Source: Candidatus Bathyarchaeota archaeon (GTDB lineage: Archaea; Thermoproteota; Bathyarchaeia; Bathyarchaeales; Bathycorpusculaceae). From it: DNA of 64,000 bases. Within the stretch, counting starts at the first letter, position 1. The number at the start of each line of letters is the position of its first letter. The stretch lies in contig PLYI01000118.1 of NCBI GenBank assembly GCA_003151735.1, positions 77,030 through 141,029 on the forward strand, written 5' to 3'. Below are positions 20,262 to 30,216 of this stretch, in pieces. Position numbers and translations under genes: made by a program. The notes under the pieces were generated by a model. That model was not told where the DNA came from. It made no database searches and saw only the letters and a program-made list of their open reading frames with translations.

Positions 20262-20462
20262 ATGGAAAGAAAACCCCCCTACGGCAAAAAAATAAAAACT
20301 CCTCTCAAACTGCCCAAAGCGCCACCGCTGCACGAAGAGCCCCTTCGCGGAATAGTGCCTGGCAAATTAGTCTGCGTCATCTGCGGAAAAACCTTCACAA
20401 CCAAAAGCCAACTCGACAGACATATGCTAACCCAGCATGAATCACCTGAAGGAAAAGAATAA
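20262..20462 (+). CDS. C2H2-type zinc finger protein
   Basis: CVICGKTFTTKSQLDRHMLTQH. Confidence 0.75.
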   Translation: MERKPPYGKKIKTPLKLPKAPPLHEEPLRGIVPGKLVCVICGKTFTTKSQLDRHMLTQHESPEGKE

Positions 20463-20470
20463 CTGAGAAA

Positions 20471-20548
20471 TGGTGCTCCGGCCGGGATTTGGACCCGGGT
20501 CGCCGACTCGAAAGGCCAGTATACTTGACCGGACTATACTACCGGAGC
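20471..20548 (-). tRNA. tRNA-Glu(TTC), CCA encoded
   Basis: GCTCCGG/CCGGAGC acceptor stem, anticodon loop CTTTCGA, T arm CCGGG-TCCAAAT-CCCGG. Confidence 0.93.
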
Positions 20549-20620
20549 GCTTTTTACAATAAAGCATCAACCAGAATGTTTTTTCCCTCGAATAAACCTT
20601 ACCCTTCAAAAATCATGCTT

Positions 20621-21136
20621 TTAGCTGGCTGGCTTGTTGGGTTTAGGTTTTTTTGGGGTAAACAAAAAGGCAGTTATTTGCTCGACAAGTTTAGTTTGGT
20701 TAGCTGTGGTTTTTTCGAGGTCTTGGATTCTTTTTTCGAGGTCGTTTGAGATGATTTTGCCTTCTATGCGGTTTGCGCTGCGGAACATAAGCAGCATCTT
20801 GAACACTTCATCAATCGCTCGTTGCTGTTCTTCTGCTGTTGAAGGTTTTGTTCCCGCGATTACTGATAAGAGGTCAACGTAGTGTTCTTTGATTTTTAGT
20901 TCTGCGTTAACTGAAGGATCTGTTGGAAACGCGATGCTAAGAGGCGTTTTCTTTGCTAGTTCAGCTGCGGTTGGGAAACGGATGATTATGTCTCCTCTTA
21001 TCCATGAAGAAACAAACTCTGATACGAAGCGGCGAATGTCTTTTTCTGAGTAAAGCAAAGATGACTCAGGCTTAGGTTCAGGTTTTCTGATTCTGACACT
21101 GATTATTTTTTTGTCATCAGCATTATTCTTCGACAT
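20621..21136 (-). CDS. Hypothetical protein
   Basis: 171-aa ORF with C-terminal coiled coil. Confidence 0.65.
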   Translation of the reverse strand: MSKNNADDKKIISVRIRKPEPKPESSLLYSEKDIRRFVSEFVSSWIRGDIIIRFPTAAELAKKTPLSIAFPTDPSVNAELKIKEHYVDLLSVIAGTKPSTAEEQQRAIDEVFKMLLMFRSANRIEGKIISNDLEKRIQDLEKTTANQTKLVEQITAFLFTPKKPKPNKPAS

Positions 21137-21221
21137 GTTGCATCCTTCTATAAGCTGTCTAAGTGTTCTCTGTTCTTTTTCTAAAGCAACACGTAGTATT
21201 TAAGAAAAAGCATCCCACGCA

Positions 21222-22517
21222 CTAGAAGGAGATTTTTGCAGTTGAGGAAATCTTTCCCAGAATTTTTCCGGTTGCCTTCTCTATTTTTTCTCGGTTCGCT
21301 TCATCGGTGTAGACCCGCAGGATATTCATGAAACCTTTTAGCGTCTCAAAAATCTTTGAGCTCTCGCTTAACCTTTGAAGCTTTTTTTCTCCCCCTGGAC
21401 CTCTCGTGAAGACTGGAATCTCCGTTGATTCCATGAGCACAGCATGATGGTAGGGTACAGATGGGACAGTTGGCACATCAATTATGACTGAGTCTAATTC
21501 GACACCTGCTTCCTTGGCGATTTCACTTTGCACCTGCAGCCGATATGCTTCGCGACCGAACAGATTAGAGATCATTGCGTCCTTCTCATAGAAGGTCCGC
21601 TCGTAAGCGCATTTGAGCATGCGTCGATTTTCCAAGTTGCTGATGATTTCGTTGGATGCCTTGCATTTTCTAAGAGATGCCCAAACGGTGTAATCATCCA
21701 GCGCCATGTATTCCTCGGGTGTTTTGAAAGCTGTTAAACCCAGTTCTTCATTGGCTTTGTCCATGGCGGTTGCCAGCATTATTTGGGCTGCTCGTCCGAC
21801 ACGGTGGAAATAGATGCTTTTGAAAGATTCAATGCGTGCAATAACGAAGGCTTCCAACGCTGACAGGGCCCCTAATTCTACTGCCAAGTTTTCGCCCAAA
21901 ACATCGAGTGCATGTATTAGGCGGTAAACGTCTATGAAGCCGTATTCGGCACCTGTATGGTAGGTGTCTCGTACGATGAAGTCTTGTTTGTCAACGTCTA
22001 CGGCGCTGCTTATGATTTGGTCAAGGAACGCCCTGTCTTTTTTGTGTAGTTTTCCCACAGACAGCCCAGCGACTTCCTTCGCGTTGAAGCCCATCTTGGA
22101 TAGTTTATCGCTGACTTCGCTCTTTTCTATAATCCATGAGGTAATATCTTCATGGGTTTTCTTGAGATCCTTGATTAGCAGATGCTCAAAGACGTGCGAG
22201 AAAGGCCCATGTCCACAATCGTGGAGAAGCGCTGAAATGCGGCACATATCCACTTCTTCGTCGTTGACGATGCGTGAAATGTTTGGATTTTCCAAAACAT
22301 GGCCGGCGAGGTACATCACTCCCAAGCAGTGTTCAAAGCGCGTGTGGTTGGCGCCTGGATAAACGTATTCGGAACCCGCAAGTTGCCTTAGCCTGCGTAG
22401 ACGCTGCATTGGATAGGTATCGATAATATTTTTTTCTGCTTCAGTAATGTACACGTAGCCATGTACGGGATCCTTGATTTCTCCCCAATAAGCCTTAGGC
22501 ACCAAGCGCAACCTCAC
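21222..22517 (-). CDS. HD-domain phosphohydrolase (dNTP triphosphohydrolase-like)
   Basis: DPVHG, RLRQL, HTRFEHCLG, LLHDCGHGPFSH, DVDKQD. Confidence 0.93.
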   Translation of the reverse strand: MRLRLVPKAYWGEIKDPVHGYVYITEAEKNIIDTYPMQRLRRLRQLAGSEYVYPGANHTRFEHCLGVMYLAGHVLENPNISRIVNDEEVDMCRISALLHDCGHGPFSHVFEHLLIKDLKKTHEDITSWIIEKSEVSDKLSKMGFNAKEVAGLSVGKLHKKDRAFLDQIISSAVDVDKQDFIVRDTYHTGAEYGFIDVYRLIHALDVLGENLAVELGALSALEAFVIARIESFKSIYFHRVGRAAQIMLATAMDKANEELGLTAFKTPEEYMALDDYTVWASLRKCKASNEIISNLENRRMLKCAYERTFYEKDAMISNLFGREAYRLQVQSEIAKEAGVELDSVIIDVPTVPSVPYHHAVLMESTEIPVFTRGPGGEKKLQRLSESSKIFETLKGFMNILRVYTDEANREKIEKATGKILGKISSTAKISF

Positions 22518-22581
22518 AGTTGTAAGCTATATTTAGGTAACTTCCATTAATGTGTAACGCATAGCAGCCGAGTCGACAAAC

Positions 22582-23193
22582 ATGGGCAAGAAAGGCATTT
22601 TCATAGTTATCGAAGGCTTAGATGGAAGCGGAAAAACCACCCAAGCCACTTTACTCGAGAAGAAACTCGAAAAAAACTACAAGGTTCTGTTGACTGCTGA
22701 GCCCAGCCGCTGTAAAATCGGCACCTTCATCCGCGAAAGCTACTTATACGAAGACAAACGCCTCCCAACAGAAGCAGAAGCCCTACTTTTCGCTGCAGAC
22801 CGCATTGAGCACATGTATAAAGAGGTAAAACCCGCGCTTGACGTGGAAAAACTCGTCATTTGTGACCGCTACGTTTACTCATCCTTGGCATATCAGGGCA
22901 GTGCAGGCTTAAGTTTAGAGTGGATAAAAACCATCAATGCTCGCGCATTGCAGCCAGATTTTAGTATATTCATAGATGTATCTCCAGAACGGGTGATTGA
23001 GCGTTTACAGCGAAAGAAGTCTGTTATGGAAACTTTGGAGACCCAGAAGAAAGTCAGGGAAGTTTACCTCAAGTTTGTGGAGAAGGGTGAACTTGTCCGA
23101 ATTGACGGTGATAAACCCAAGGGTGTTGTGGCGGAGAATTTGTATGCTAAGGTTTTGGGTTTACTTAAAGATGCTAAAGGATTTGTTGCTTAA
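22582..23193 (+). CDS. tmk: dTMP kinase
   Basis: EGLDGSGKTT, LLFAADR, DRYVYSSLAYQG. Confidence 0.96.
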   Translation: MGKKGIFIVIEGLDGSGKTTQATLLEKKLEKNYKVLLTAEPSRCKIGTFIRESYLYEDKRLPTEAEALLFAADRIEHMYKEVKPALDVEKLVICDRYVYSSLAYQGSAGLSLEWIKTINARALQPDFSIFIDVSPERVIERLQRKKSVMETLETQKKVREVYLKFVEKGELVRIDGDKPKGVVAENLYAKVLGLLKDAKGFVA

Positions 23194-23344
23194 CTGTTTT
23201 TGTTTATTTTTAACACAGTTTATAGCTTGAGAAACCGCCAATAGGACCTACTCCCTATAGGTTTCTGCAATGATATCCTATTAGGATCCAAATAGGTTCG
23301 TGTATTCCCACACAAAAAAATAAAATAAAAAAAGGGAAAGCGGT

Positions 23345-24478
23345 TTAGTCTTCTCTCCACTTGAACAGCTTCACTGCTAAGATGAAGATTACAGTCGTGA
23401 TGACTACAACCACTGCCACATCGATTAGTGCCCCTGAAATGTTTCCGTAGACCATGGCGTTGTTTAATCCTTCAATTATGTAGAACAGCGGCAGGACATG
23501 AGCGACGGTTTGTAGGTATTGTGGCATGGTGCTGATTGGGAAGAAGGTGCCTGAGAGGAACATCATGGGGAATGTTACTATGTTGCCTATGACGCCTGCG
23601 GTTTCAGGGCTCTTTGTCACCGTACCAACCAGCATACCGAGCGCTGCGAACAACATTGGACCCAAGATGAGAAATGGTATTAACCAAGGAGTTAATGCAA
23701 CGTGCGCTCCGAAAGCAAAGACTCCCACTCCAACCATCAGCAAAAAGCCAGTGATCGTCAAGATAATGTACCACATCACTTTTGAGGTTAGCCACTCTAT
23801 CTTTGTGAGCGGCGTAAGTGAGAGTTGCTTGAAGAGCTTTTCCTTCTTGTACTCTGAGGATATGTTGACTAGCGAAAACATTGGGCTGGTAAGGATTGAG
23901 AACCCGATTAAGCCTGGAATCAAGAAGTCAATGTACTTTGTCTGTTGAGTATTCACAGTTGCCGAAGTTATCCCTATGATTGCAGGGGTTGTGTCGTTAT
24001 ATTTTCGTTGGAAATAATTGAGGTTGAAGAAATTGGCATACCCATTAACCGTTCCCGCTACAATGCCACTTGAGCTTGCAGTTGGATTACCATACACTGT
24101 CACGTTTACTTGATCACCAGCCAAATAGTTCGCAGAGAAGTCTGCAGGAATAACGATGCCGTCGGAGGACGAATGGTCAGCTAGGTAACTTGAGAAGTTC
24201 TCTGTGGTGTCTACTGTTATGACTGTGATTGTGCTTGAATCATTAAGCGCTGTTAAAAATTGGGAAGCTATATCCATCTGCGGTGAAACAAACGGGCCAA
24301 TATCTTGATTTTGGGCATAAACACTTACTTTTCCAGAGCTGCCTCCTGCAAAAATCGCTCCGAAAATCAAAATTAAAATCACTGGAAAAATCAAACCGAA
24401 GAATAACCCGAACTTGTTTCTAAGGTATCCTCGGCTAAACACTTTGAAGTCTGAGTAAATACGTTTTCCACTGACCAT
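23345..24478 (-). CDS. ABC-2 type transporter permease
   Basis: YIDFLIPG, PMMFLSGTFFP, LPLFY. Confidence 0.92.
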   Translation of the reverse strand: MVSGKRIYSDFKVFSRGYLRNKFGLFFGLIFPVILILIFGAIFAGGSSGKVSVYAQNQDIGPFVSPQMDIASQFLTALNDSSTITVITVDTTENFSSYLADHSSSDGIVIPADFSANYLAGDQVNVTVYGNPTASSSGIVAGTVNGYANFFNLNYFQRKYNDTTPAIIGITSATVNTQQTKYIDFLIPGLIGFSILTSPMFSLVNISSEYKKEKLFKQLSLTPLTKIEWLTSKVMWYIILTITGFLLMVGVGVFAFGAHVALTPWLIPFLILGPMLFAALGMLVGTVTKSPETAGVIGNIVTFPMMFLSGTFFPISTMPQYLQTVAHVLPLFYIIEGLNNAMVYGNISGALIDVAVVVVITTVIFILAVKLFKWRED

Positions 24479-24480
24479 CT

Positions 24481-25446
24481 TTAGCGCCTCCGCTTTTTGC
24501 CGCTCTTCTCTCTTGATGGTGCTTCTCCCTGTTCGCCGATGGGTTCATTGACGAGTTTAACAAACACGTCATCTAAGCTGTCTTGACGCGTCTGAATTTC
24601 GCCCCATTCTAAACCTGATTGCTCAGCAGCTGCTAAAGCTGCGAGTGCATCAGTTTTCTTTTTCAGCGGTATAGTGATTTCTTCTTTGGCTTTGTTGTAT
24701 TCAACCTGTAAATCAGTGTTTGCTTTGATGTAGTCGGCTAGTTTTTCGTTTCCATGAATCTCCAGTCTTTCGCCCGAGCCGTGTTGCTGGATGATTTCTT
24801 CTGAAGTGCCCATCGCAACTATTTTCCCGTGGTCCATTATGGCTACTCTGTCGGCGAGTTGCTGTGCCTCGTCTAGGTAATGGGTGGTTAAAATGATTGT
24901 TTTGCCTTTGGCTTTTAAGTTGCGTATGACTTCCCAGATGGCTCGCCTCGCGTTCGGGTCTAAACCTGTGGTCGGTTCGTCGAGGAAGAGTAGTTCAGGC
25001 GAGTTTACGAGTGATAGGGCGAGTCCTGTTTTTTGTTTTTGACCGCCGGAGAGGTTGTCAAAATTTCTTTTGCCAGAATCTTCAAGCAAAACTTCCCTTA
25101 AAATTTCGTCTGCGTCGACTTTGACGTTGAAGAGGTCAGCGTAATATATGATGGCTTCTCGTGGAGTGATTTTCTCGAAAAAAGTGAATTCTTGAGGGAT
25201 AACTCCAATTTTCTTGTGGAGTTCATAACCGTTTTTCCATGGGTCAAGTCCTAGAACTTTCACCTCTCCTCCGTCCTGCTGACGCAATCCTTCCATGATT
25301 TCGATGGTTGTGGTTTTTCCTGCGCCGTTTGGACCCAAAAGGCCGAAGACTTCACCCTTGCTAACCGAAAAGGAGATGCCGTCTACTGCTTTTAAATCTC
25401 CATAATGCTTTTTTAAGGATGAAACTTCAATGGATAACGCGTTCAT
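24481..25446 (-). CDS. ABC transporter ATP-binding protein
   Basis: GPNGAGKTT, LSGGQ, LDEPTTGLD, TTH. Confidence 0.96.
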   Translation of the reverse strand: MNALSIEVSSLKKHYGDLKAVDGISFSVSKGEVFGLLGPNGAGKTTTIEIMEGLRQQDGGEVKVLGLDPWKNGYELHKKIGVIPQEFTFFEKITPREAIIYYADLFNVKVDADEILREVLLEDSGKRNFDNLSGGQKQKTGLALSLVNSPELLFLDEPTTGLDPNARRAIWEVIRNLKAKGKTIILTTHYLDEAQQLADRVAIMDHGKIVAMGTSEEIIQQHGSGERLEIHGNEKLADYIKANTDLQVEYNKAKEEITIPLKKKTDALAALAAAEQSGLEWGEIQTRQDSLDDVFVKLVNEPIGEQGEAPSREKSGKKRRR

Positions 25447-25575
25447 GCTCTATTTGCTCCTTGTCGCTTTTGAAGGTTGCAAATTGCTGTCCTTTTCTTA
25501 GGTATCTGCTGGTAGAAATATAAGTTTCGGCGACGCTTCATACACAAATTTAACTTTTGTTAAGATTTTAGGAAA

Positions 25576-26106
25576 CTAAATGGTTGCTTTCTTGAGAATT
25601 TTCCTGTTCCCAGTTGACGCCTCATTTACTTTAGTAAAAATAACCGCCCCTAACTCTTCAGGCGAGATGTATCTGGGTCCACGTTCATGAAACACTTGAA
25701 CCTCAAAGGTATCCTTGCTAAAGACTGTTCTTAGCATGTAATAGTCAAATTTTAACGGCTGCTTTTTTTCGCTACTGCACCTGTAATAGCGGATAGAGCA
25801 GAAAAAATCCATCGAACCCAAACGCTCCTTCGCCAAAAGATTCATTGTTTTCTTGAGTTCTTCTTCATCAATGTAGTTGAAGCCTTCAGATTCTGCTAAA
25901 CCAAACTCAAAAATCACTTTGGCCTGTGGCACAGAGGGGTTGGCTACTTCTTCAAAACTAAATTCTTTACGGTTCACCTCATAAAAAACTTGAATTAGCT
26001 TTTGCTGTAGTTGCTTGCTTGAAAGAGTTGAGTTGAATCTATCGATTCTATGGATGTTTGTGGGGAAATTTTCGTAAAAACCTAGGGTCAAATTGGTTCG
26101 GCTCAA
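25576..26106 (-). CDS. Hypothetical protein
   Basis: 176-aa ORF coupled to the upstream gene. Confidence 0.7.
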   Translation of the reverse strand: MSRTNLTLGFYENFPTNIHRIDRFNSTLSSKQLQQKLIQVFYEVNRKEFSFEEVANPSVPQAKVIFEFGLAESEGFNYIDEEELKKTMNLLAKERLGSMDFFCSIRYYRCSSEKKQPLKFDYYMLRTVFSKDTFEVQVFHERGPRYISPEELGAVIFTKVNEASTGNRKILKKATI

Positions 26107-26468
26107 GTTTTCATTTTTTTGATTTTTTCAACGCTGTTTAGCAGTTGATCGAGTGCCTGGGTGAGTTTTTGCAGTTCATCCATGTCTTCTGTTTTCTCAA
26201 TCTTGCCCTGTATGTCCTGTATCTTCGTCATGAGTGTTGCTTCAAGCTTATCATAAGATGCGTTCGGTTTTGCGGCTTGTTTGGGCGGTTCTTCCCCTTC
26301 CTTAACAACCAAGACTTTTTTCTCGTCTTTTGCACACCAAAGTGTCCCATCTTTTAACCTAAAAAGCGGAGAGGCACATTCTGGGCATGAGAGGTCGGTT
26401 AATGTGGCCCCTTGCAGTAGCAGGTTTGCCCCTCTCTTAACAGGTGTGTTATCTGTTCTGTGTTGCAT
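26103..26468 (-). CDS. Sjogren syndrome/scleroderma autoantigen 1 (UPF0148) family zinc-ribbon protein
   Basis: ANLLLQGATLTDLSCPECASPLF. Confidence 0.85.
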   Translation of the reverse strand: MQHRTDNTPVKRGANLLLQGATLTDLSCPECASPLFRLKDGTLWCAKDEKKVLVVKEGEEPPKQAAKPNASYDKLEATLMTKIQDIQGKIEKTEDMDELQKLTQALDQLLNSVEKIKKMKT

Positions 26469-26545
26469 GGAGAACCCCAAAGTAAATACGTGTCAATGCT
26501 TATATAACTTGGTCACTGCCATGGTGCATTAAAGGGGAATATTTT

Positions 26546-26824
26546 ATGGTGCGCAAGAAAAAATCTGAAGAATACGAAGCAAAGATTCAGCAAGCGTTAG
26601 TAGTGCTCGGCGAAGTCTCCGAAGACAGTACCACACCACGAAACATACGCCGCTCCGCAAAAGACGCCGTGAGTGCCCTGCAAAGTGGGGAATATACCCC
26701 TGCGGTAAGAGCTTCAAACGCCGTGTCGATGCTGGATGAGATTCTGCAAGACCCCAACATGCCCCCGTACACACGGGTAAAACTCTGGAACGTCATGAGT
26801 TTTATTGAAGCCATAAAAGATTAG
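26546..26824 (+). CDS. UPF0147 family protein
   Basis: DSTTPRNIRR, VRASNA, DPNMP, TRVKLW. Confidence 0.92.
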   Translation: MVRKKKSEEYEAKIQQALVVLGEVSEDSTTPRNIRRSAKDAVSALQSGEYTPAVRASNAVSMLDEILQDPNMPPYTRVKLWNVMSFIEAIKD

Positions 26825-26842
26825 TTTAATTTTTGATTTTAG

Positions 26843-27298
26843 TTACTTTGTCTTTTTAGCTAACTTCATAACTTCTTTGTATGAGGCTGCGCAGTGCATA
26901 CAGCAGAACGCGGTTTCTTTGCCGTCGATGATTTCTCGGTAACCGCCCTCGTAGACTTTACAGCCGCAGTGAGCGCATACGTAGAGACTTGGTTCAATGG
27001 CGATTGCGACAAGCGTGGCGAAGCGTTTGAAAAGTCCAGTGCAAAGTTCCCTACCTTCCTCTGTGAGTTCAAAGATTTTACGTTCTTTCTCGCCAACAGG
27101 CTTTTGGGTGTATGTGACTAATCCTTTTTCTTCAAGTTGCTGCAGAAACGGGTAGACTAGGCTTGGGCTGACTTCTTTTTTGACTCGTTTTTTGAATTGG
27201 CTAATGATGCTGTAGCCGTGGGCTGGTCCTTCGTAGAGTATTGTGAGTATGTATAAGCGTGAGAAGTCGCTGATTAAATCGTCGATGTTGTTTGCCAT
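26843..27298 (-). CDS. PadR family regulator with C-terminal Cys-rich metal-binding domain
   Basis: HGYSI, VYPFLQQLEEKGLV, FELTEEG; CAHCG...FCCMHCA. Confidence 0.88.
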   Translation of the reverse strand: MANNIDDLISDFSRLYILTILYEGPAHGYSIISQFKKRVKKEVSPSLVYPFLQQLEEKGLVTYTQKPVGEKERKIFELTEEGRELCTGLFKRFATLVAIAIEPSLYVCAHCGCKVYEGGYREIIDGKETAFCCMHCAASYKEVMKLAKKTK

Positions 27299-27341
27299 AG
27301 TATTCTTTGTTTAATGGGTGGGCTTGCGGTTATAAATGTTC

Positions 27342-27357
27342 TTTAGATATATCTAAA
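27342..27357. promoter_or_regulatory. Perfect 16-bp palindrome TTTAGATATATCTAAA, probable operator
   Basis: Lies just upstream of the minus-strand TATA (27330-27336) of the PadR gene, in a divergent intergenic region. Confidence 0.5.
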
Positions 27358-27472
27358 AAATACCTATAGAACATTCAAAAATGCCGCATCAGTATGCTCT
27401 CAAATCAAACGGCACTAAGAAATATATTCCACATGTTACATGTAGTTCTGGGTTCCAAGGAGAGAGCTTCCT

Positions 27473-28855
27473 TTGAAATATGACGTAATAATCGTGGGCG
27501 CAGGTCCAGCGGGCATCTTCTCAGCGTTAGAGCTAACCGAAAAAACAAACCTCAACGTCCTAATCCTTGACAGAGGACCAGACATTGACAAACGTAAGTG
27601 TCCCTCAAGCCGAGGCTTCGAATGTGTCCACTGCGAACCATGCTCAGTTCTCTCAGGCTGGGGCGGCGCAGGCGCTTACAGCGATGGCAAACTCACCCTA
27701 TCCACAGAAGTTGGCGGCTGGCTAAACCAGTACGTCACAACTAAAGAACTCCAAGACCTAGTAAAATATGTAGATGGCATCTACCTAAAATTCGGTGCAA
27801 GCGAACAAGTCTACGGTGGAGAAAACAAGGAAGTAGACGAGATAGCACGTCAAGCATCCCTTGCAGGCTTGAAGTTAATCAAGCAAGAAGTCCGCCACAT
27901 GGGCACAGACAAATGCCTGGAAACCCTCCAGCGAATGCGCAAAGCACTAAACGACAAAATCACTTTTCTACCAAAAACAGACGTTAAAGGTTTAATCGCC
28001 GAAAACCACACTATCCAAGGTGTCGAAACAGTTGACGGGGAAAAATTCCATGCAAAATACGTGATAATTGCTCCGGGAAGAAGCGGGGCAGAATGGTTGC
28101 AGACTGAAGCGCAAATCCGCGGGCTAAAAACCGTGAACAACCCCGTGGACATCGGTGTACGTGTTGAGCTTTTGGCGTCTGTTATGGAGAAGCTGACTAA
28201 AGCGCTCTATGAACCCAAACTGGTTTATTTCTCAAGAGATTTTGACGACATGGTTCGCACATTCTGCGTTTCACCTTACGGTGAAGTTACCACAGAATCC
28301 TACGACGGCGTTTTAACCGTGAACGGCGGAAGCCACGCGGAAACAAGAACTGACAACACAAACTTTGCCATCCTCGTCAGCACGTCATTCACTGAACCTT
28401 TCAAAGAACCAATTGCGTATGGCAAATACATAGCAAGGCTTTCTAACCTTTTGAGCGGCGGCGTAATGGTTCAGCGACTAGGCGACTTAAATCATGGTCG
28501 ACGCTCCACGCCTGAACGGTTATCCCACAGCGTAGTTACACCCACACTCAAAAACGCCACTCCAGGAGACTTAAGCTTCGTTTTGCCCTATCGCTACTTA
28601 GCAGATATACGGGAAATGTTGCAGGCACTTGACAAAATTGCGCCAGGCGTAGCTTCGCCCGAAACGCTGCTTTACGGTGTGGAAGTGAAATTCTATTCAT
28701 CTCACCTACAGCTAAATCATGCGTTAGAAAGCAAAATCCAGAACATGTTCACAATCGGCGACGGCGCAGGCGTCACCCGCGGCTTAATCCAGGCTTCGGC
28801 TTCAGGTGTTATCGTTGCGAGAGAAATTCTCAAACGTGAAAAACTGAAGGCATAG
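27473..28855 (+). CDS. NAD(P)/FAD-dependent oxidoreductase
   Basis: IVGAGPAG, GGAGAYSDGKL, GDGAGVTRG. Confidence 0.9.
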   Translation: MKYDVIIVGAGPAGIFSALELTEKTNLNVLILDRGPDIDKRKCPSSRGFECVHCEPCSVLSGWGGAGAYSDGKLTLSTEVGGWLNQYVTTKELQDLVKYVDGIYLKFGASEQVYGGENKEVDEIARQASLAGLKLIKQEVRHMGTDKCLETLQRMRKALNDKITFLPKTDVKGLIAENHTIQGVETVDGEKFHAKYVIIAPGRSGAEWLQTEAQIRGLKTVNNPVDIGVRVELLASVMEKLTKALYEPKLVYFSRDFDDMVRTFCVSPYGEVTTESYDGVLTVNGGSHAETRTDNTNFAILVSTSFTEPFKEPIAYGKYIARLSNLLSGGVMVQRLGDLNHGRRSTPERLSHSVVTPTLKNATPGDLSFVLPYRYLADIREMLQALDKIAPGVASPETLLYGVEVKFYSSHLQLNHALESKIQNMFTIGDGAGVTRGLIQASASGVIVAREILKREKLKA

Positions 28856-28860
28856 GTAAA

Positions 28861-29607
28861 ATGGTGGCTGTAGCTCAGGAAATCAGATGCTCGCATTGCG
28901 GTGCCCCAGTTGAGTTTAAGCCAGGCGAATTAGTTGCCACCTGCAAGTACTGCGGCTTCACCACCGTAATTGAAACAGGTCAAGCATTCACTTTTGAGCA
29001 TTCTTTACTGCTAAATAGCTACTCTGAAGAGCAAGTGGAAGATTTAGTGCGCGATTGGATGCGCTCTGGCTTTATGAAACCAGGCGATTTAGCTAAAAAG
29101 GCAAAACTAAGCGAGAAAAACCTGGTTTACCTCCCCTTCTGGCTTGTTTCCGCAGAAGCTACAACCAAGTACAAAGGAATATTCGAACGCATATCCCCAG
29201 CGATTGTCAAGGAAGGACAAATCCAAAAAGAGTACAACTGGCTGGTTTTAGCCCAGGAAGCATCAGGTTTCCCCACTCAAGAATTCAACGTTCCTTTAAC
29301 TGGCAAAATTCCGTTTGATTTCAGGAAAATCGAAGGCTTCGCAAAACTGCTTAACAGCGAAATGACTCGGGATGAAGCCTTAGAGATTGCTAAACAGCAG
29401 ATTGAAGCGCTTCACCGTTTTCTGCTTCAGCAGGATATAGATAAGATTGTTGAAGCCACCACGACTATTGATTTAAAGCAGATGGTTTATTTGCATGCGC
29501 CGATCTGGTTCATTAAATACGAGTATAAAGGCAACAACTACCAAATGATTGTTGACGGCGCAACAGGCATGGTTCTAAAGGGCGATATACCCACTTCCAA
29601 GTTCTAA
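28861..29607 (+). CDS. Zinc-ribbon protein (YdjG-like)
   Basis: CSHCGA..CKYCG, LVYLPFW, YLHAPIW, VDGATG. Confidence 0.7.
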   Translation: MVAVAQEIRCSHCGAPVEFKPGELVATCKYCGFTTVIETGQAFTFEHSLLLNSYSEEQVEDLVRDWMRSGFMKPGDLAKKAKLSEKNLVYLPFWLVSAEATTKYKGIFERISPAIVKEGQIQKEYNWLVLAQEASGFPTQEFNVPLTGKIPFDFRKIEGFAKLLNSEMTRDEALEIAKQQIEALHRFLLQQDIDKIVEATTTIDLKQMVYLHAPIWFIKYEYKGNNYQMIVDGATGMVLKGDIPTSKF

Positions 29608-29676
29608 GTTACTTGAATAAACTTTAAAAGCAAGCTCTTTTTTATAACGGAATACAAATATCGGAGGATTTAGGGA

Positions 29677-30216
29677 ATGAGCGAAAATAATGATGTGTAT
29701 GCCCAATCAAAAAGCCAGATGAGGCTTTCAGAGCGCATAGCAGCGGCGCTTCCAGGGTTTCGCGGATACAAAGAGAAGGAACTTCGTCGCGAATCAGACA
29801 AACTCATCAGGAATAACTTGTACCTTAAGCTTTCCAAAGACAAAGATGACGTTAGGGTCATTTCACAAAAAATAGCTGATAAACGTTACATGGATGTTTT
29901 AACCGATATCGATAGGTTAACAGCTAAAATGGATCGTATAACTGAAAAAGTAAACCACGCCTCATACGGTTACTCAGGTTTTTATGACATAGTTAAAATC
30001 AAGGAAGAAAGCCTTGATCGCATGATAACCTTCGACAACCAACTCCTCGACGAAGTTAACGCATTAACCGCTAGCATCGACGACTTAAAAACTCAGTTGT
30101 TGAGCAATAACTTCTCAAACCTCAAAGACAAAATCCAAACGGTTTCAGACAAGTTTGAATTGCTTGAGGACACGTTTGATAAAAGAGAACAAGTAATCCA
30201 AGGAGTGACACAATAA
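29677..30216 (+). CDS. All-helical hypothetical protein
   Basis: LPGFRGYKEKELRRESDKLIR, ASYGYSGFYD; coiled-coil pattern. Confidence 0.75.
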   Translation: MSENNDVYAQSKSQMRLSERIAAALPGFRGYKEKELRRESDKLIRNNLYLKLSKDKDDVRVISQKIADKRYMDVLTDIDRLTAKMDRITEKVNHASYGYSGFYDIVKIKEESLDRMITFDNQLLDEVNALTASIDDLKTQLLSNNFSNLKDKIQTVSDKFELLEDTFDKREQVIQGVTQ

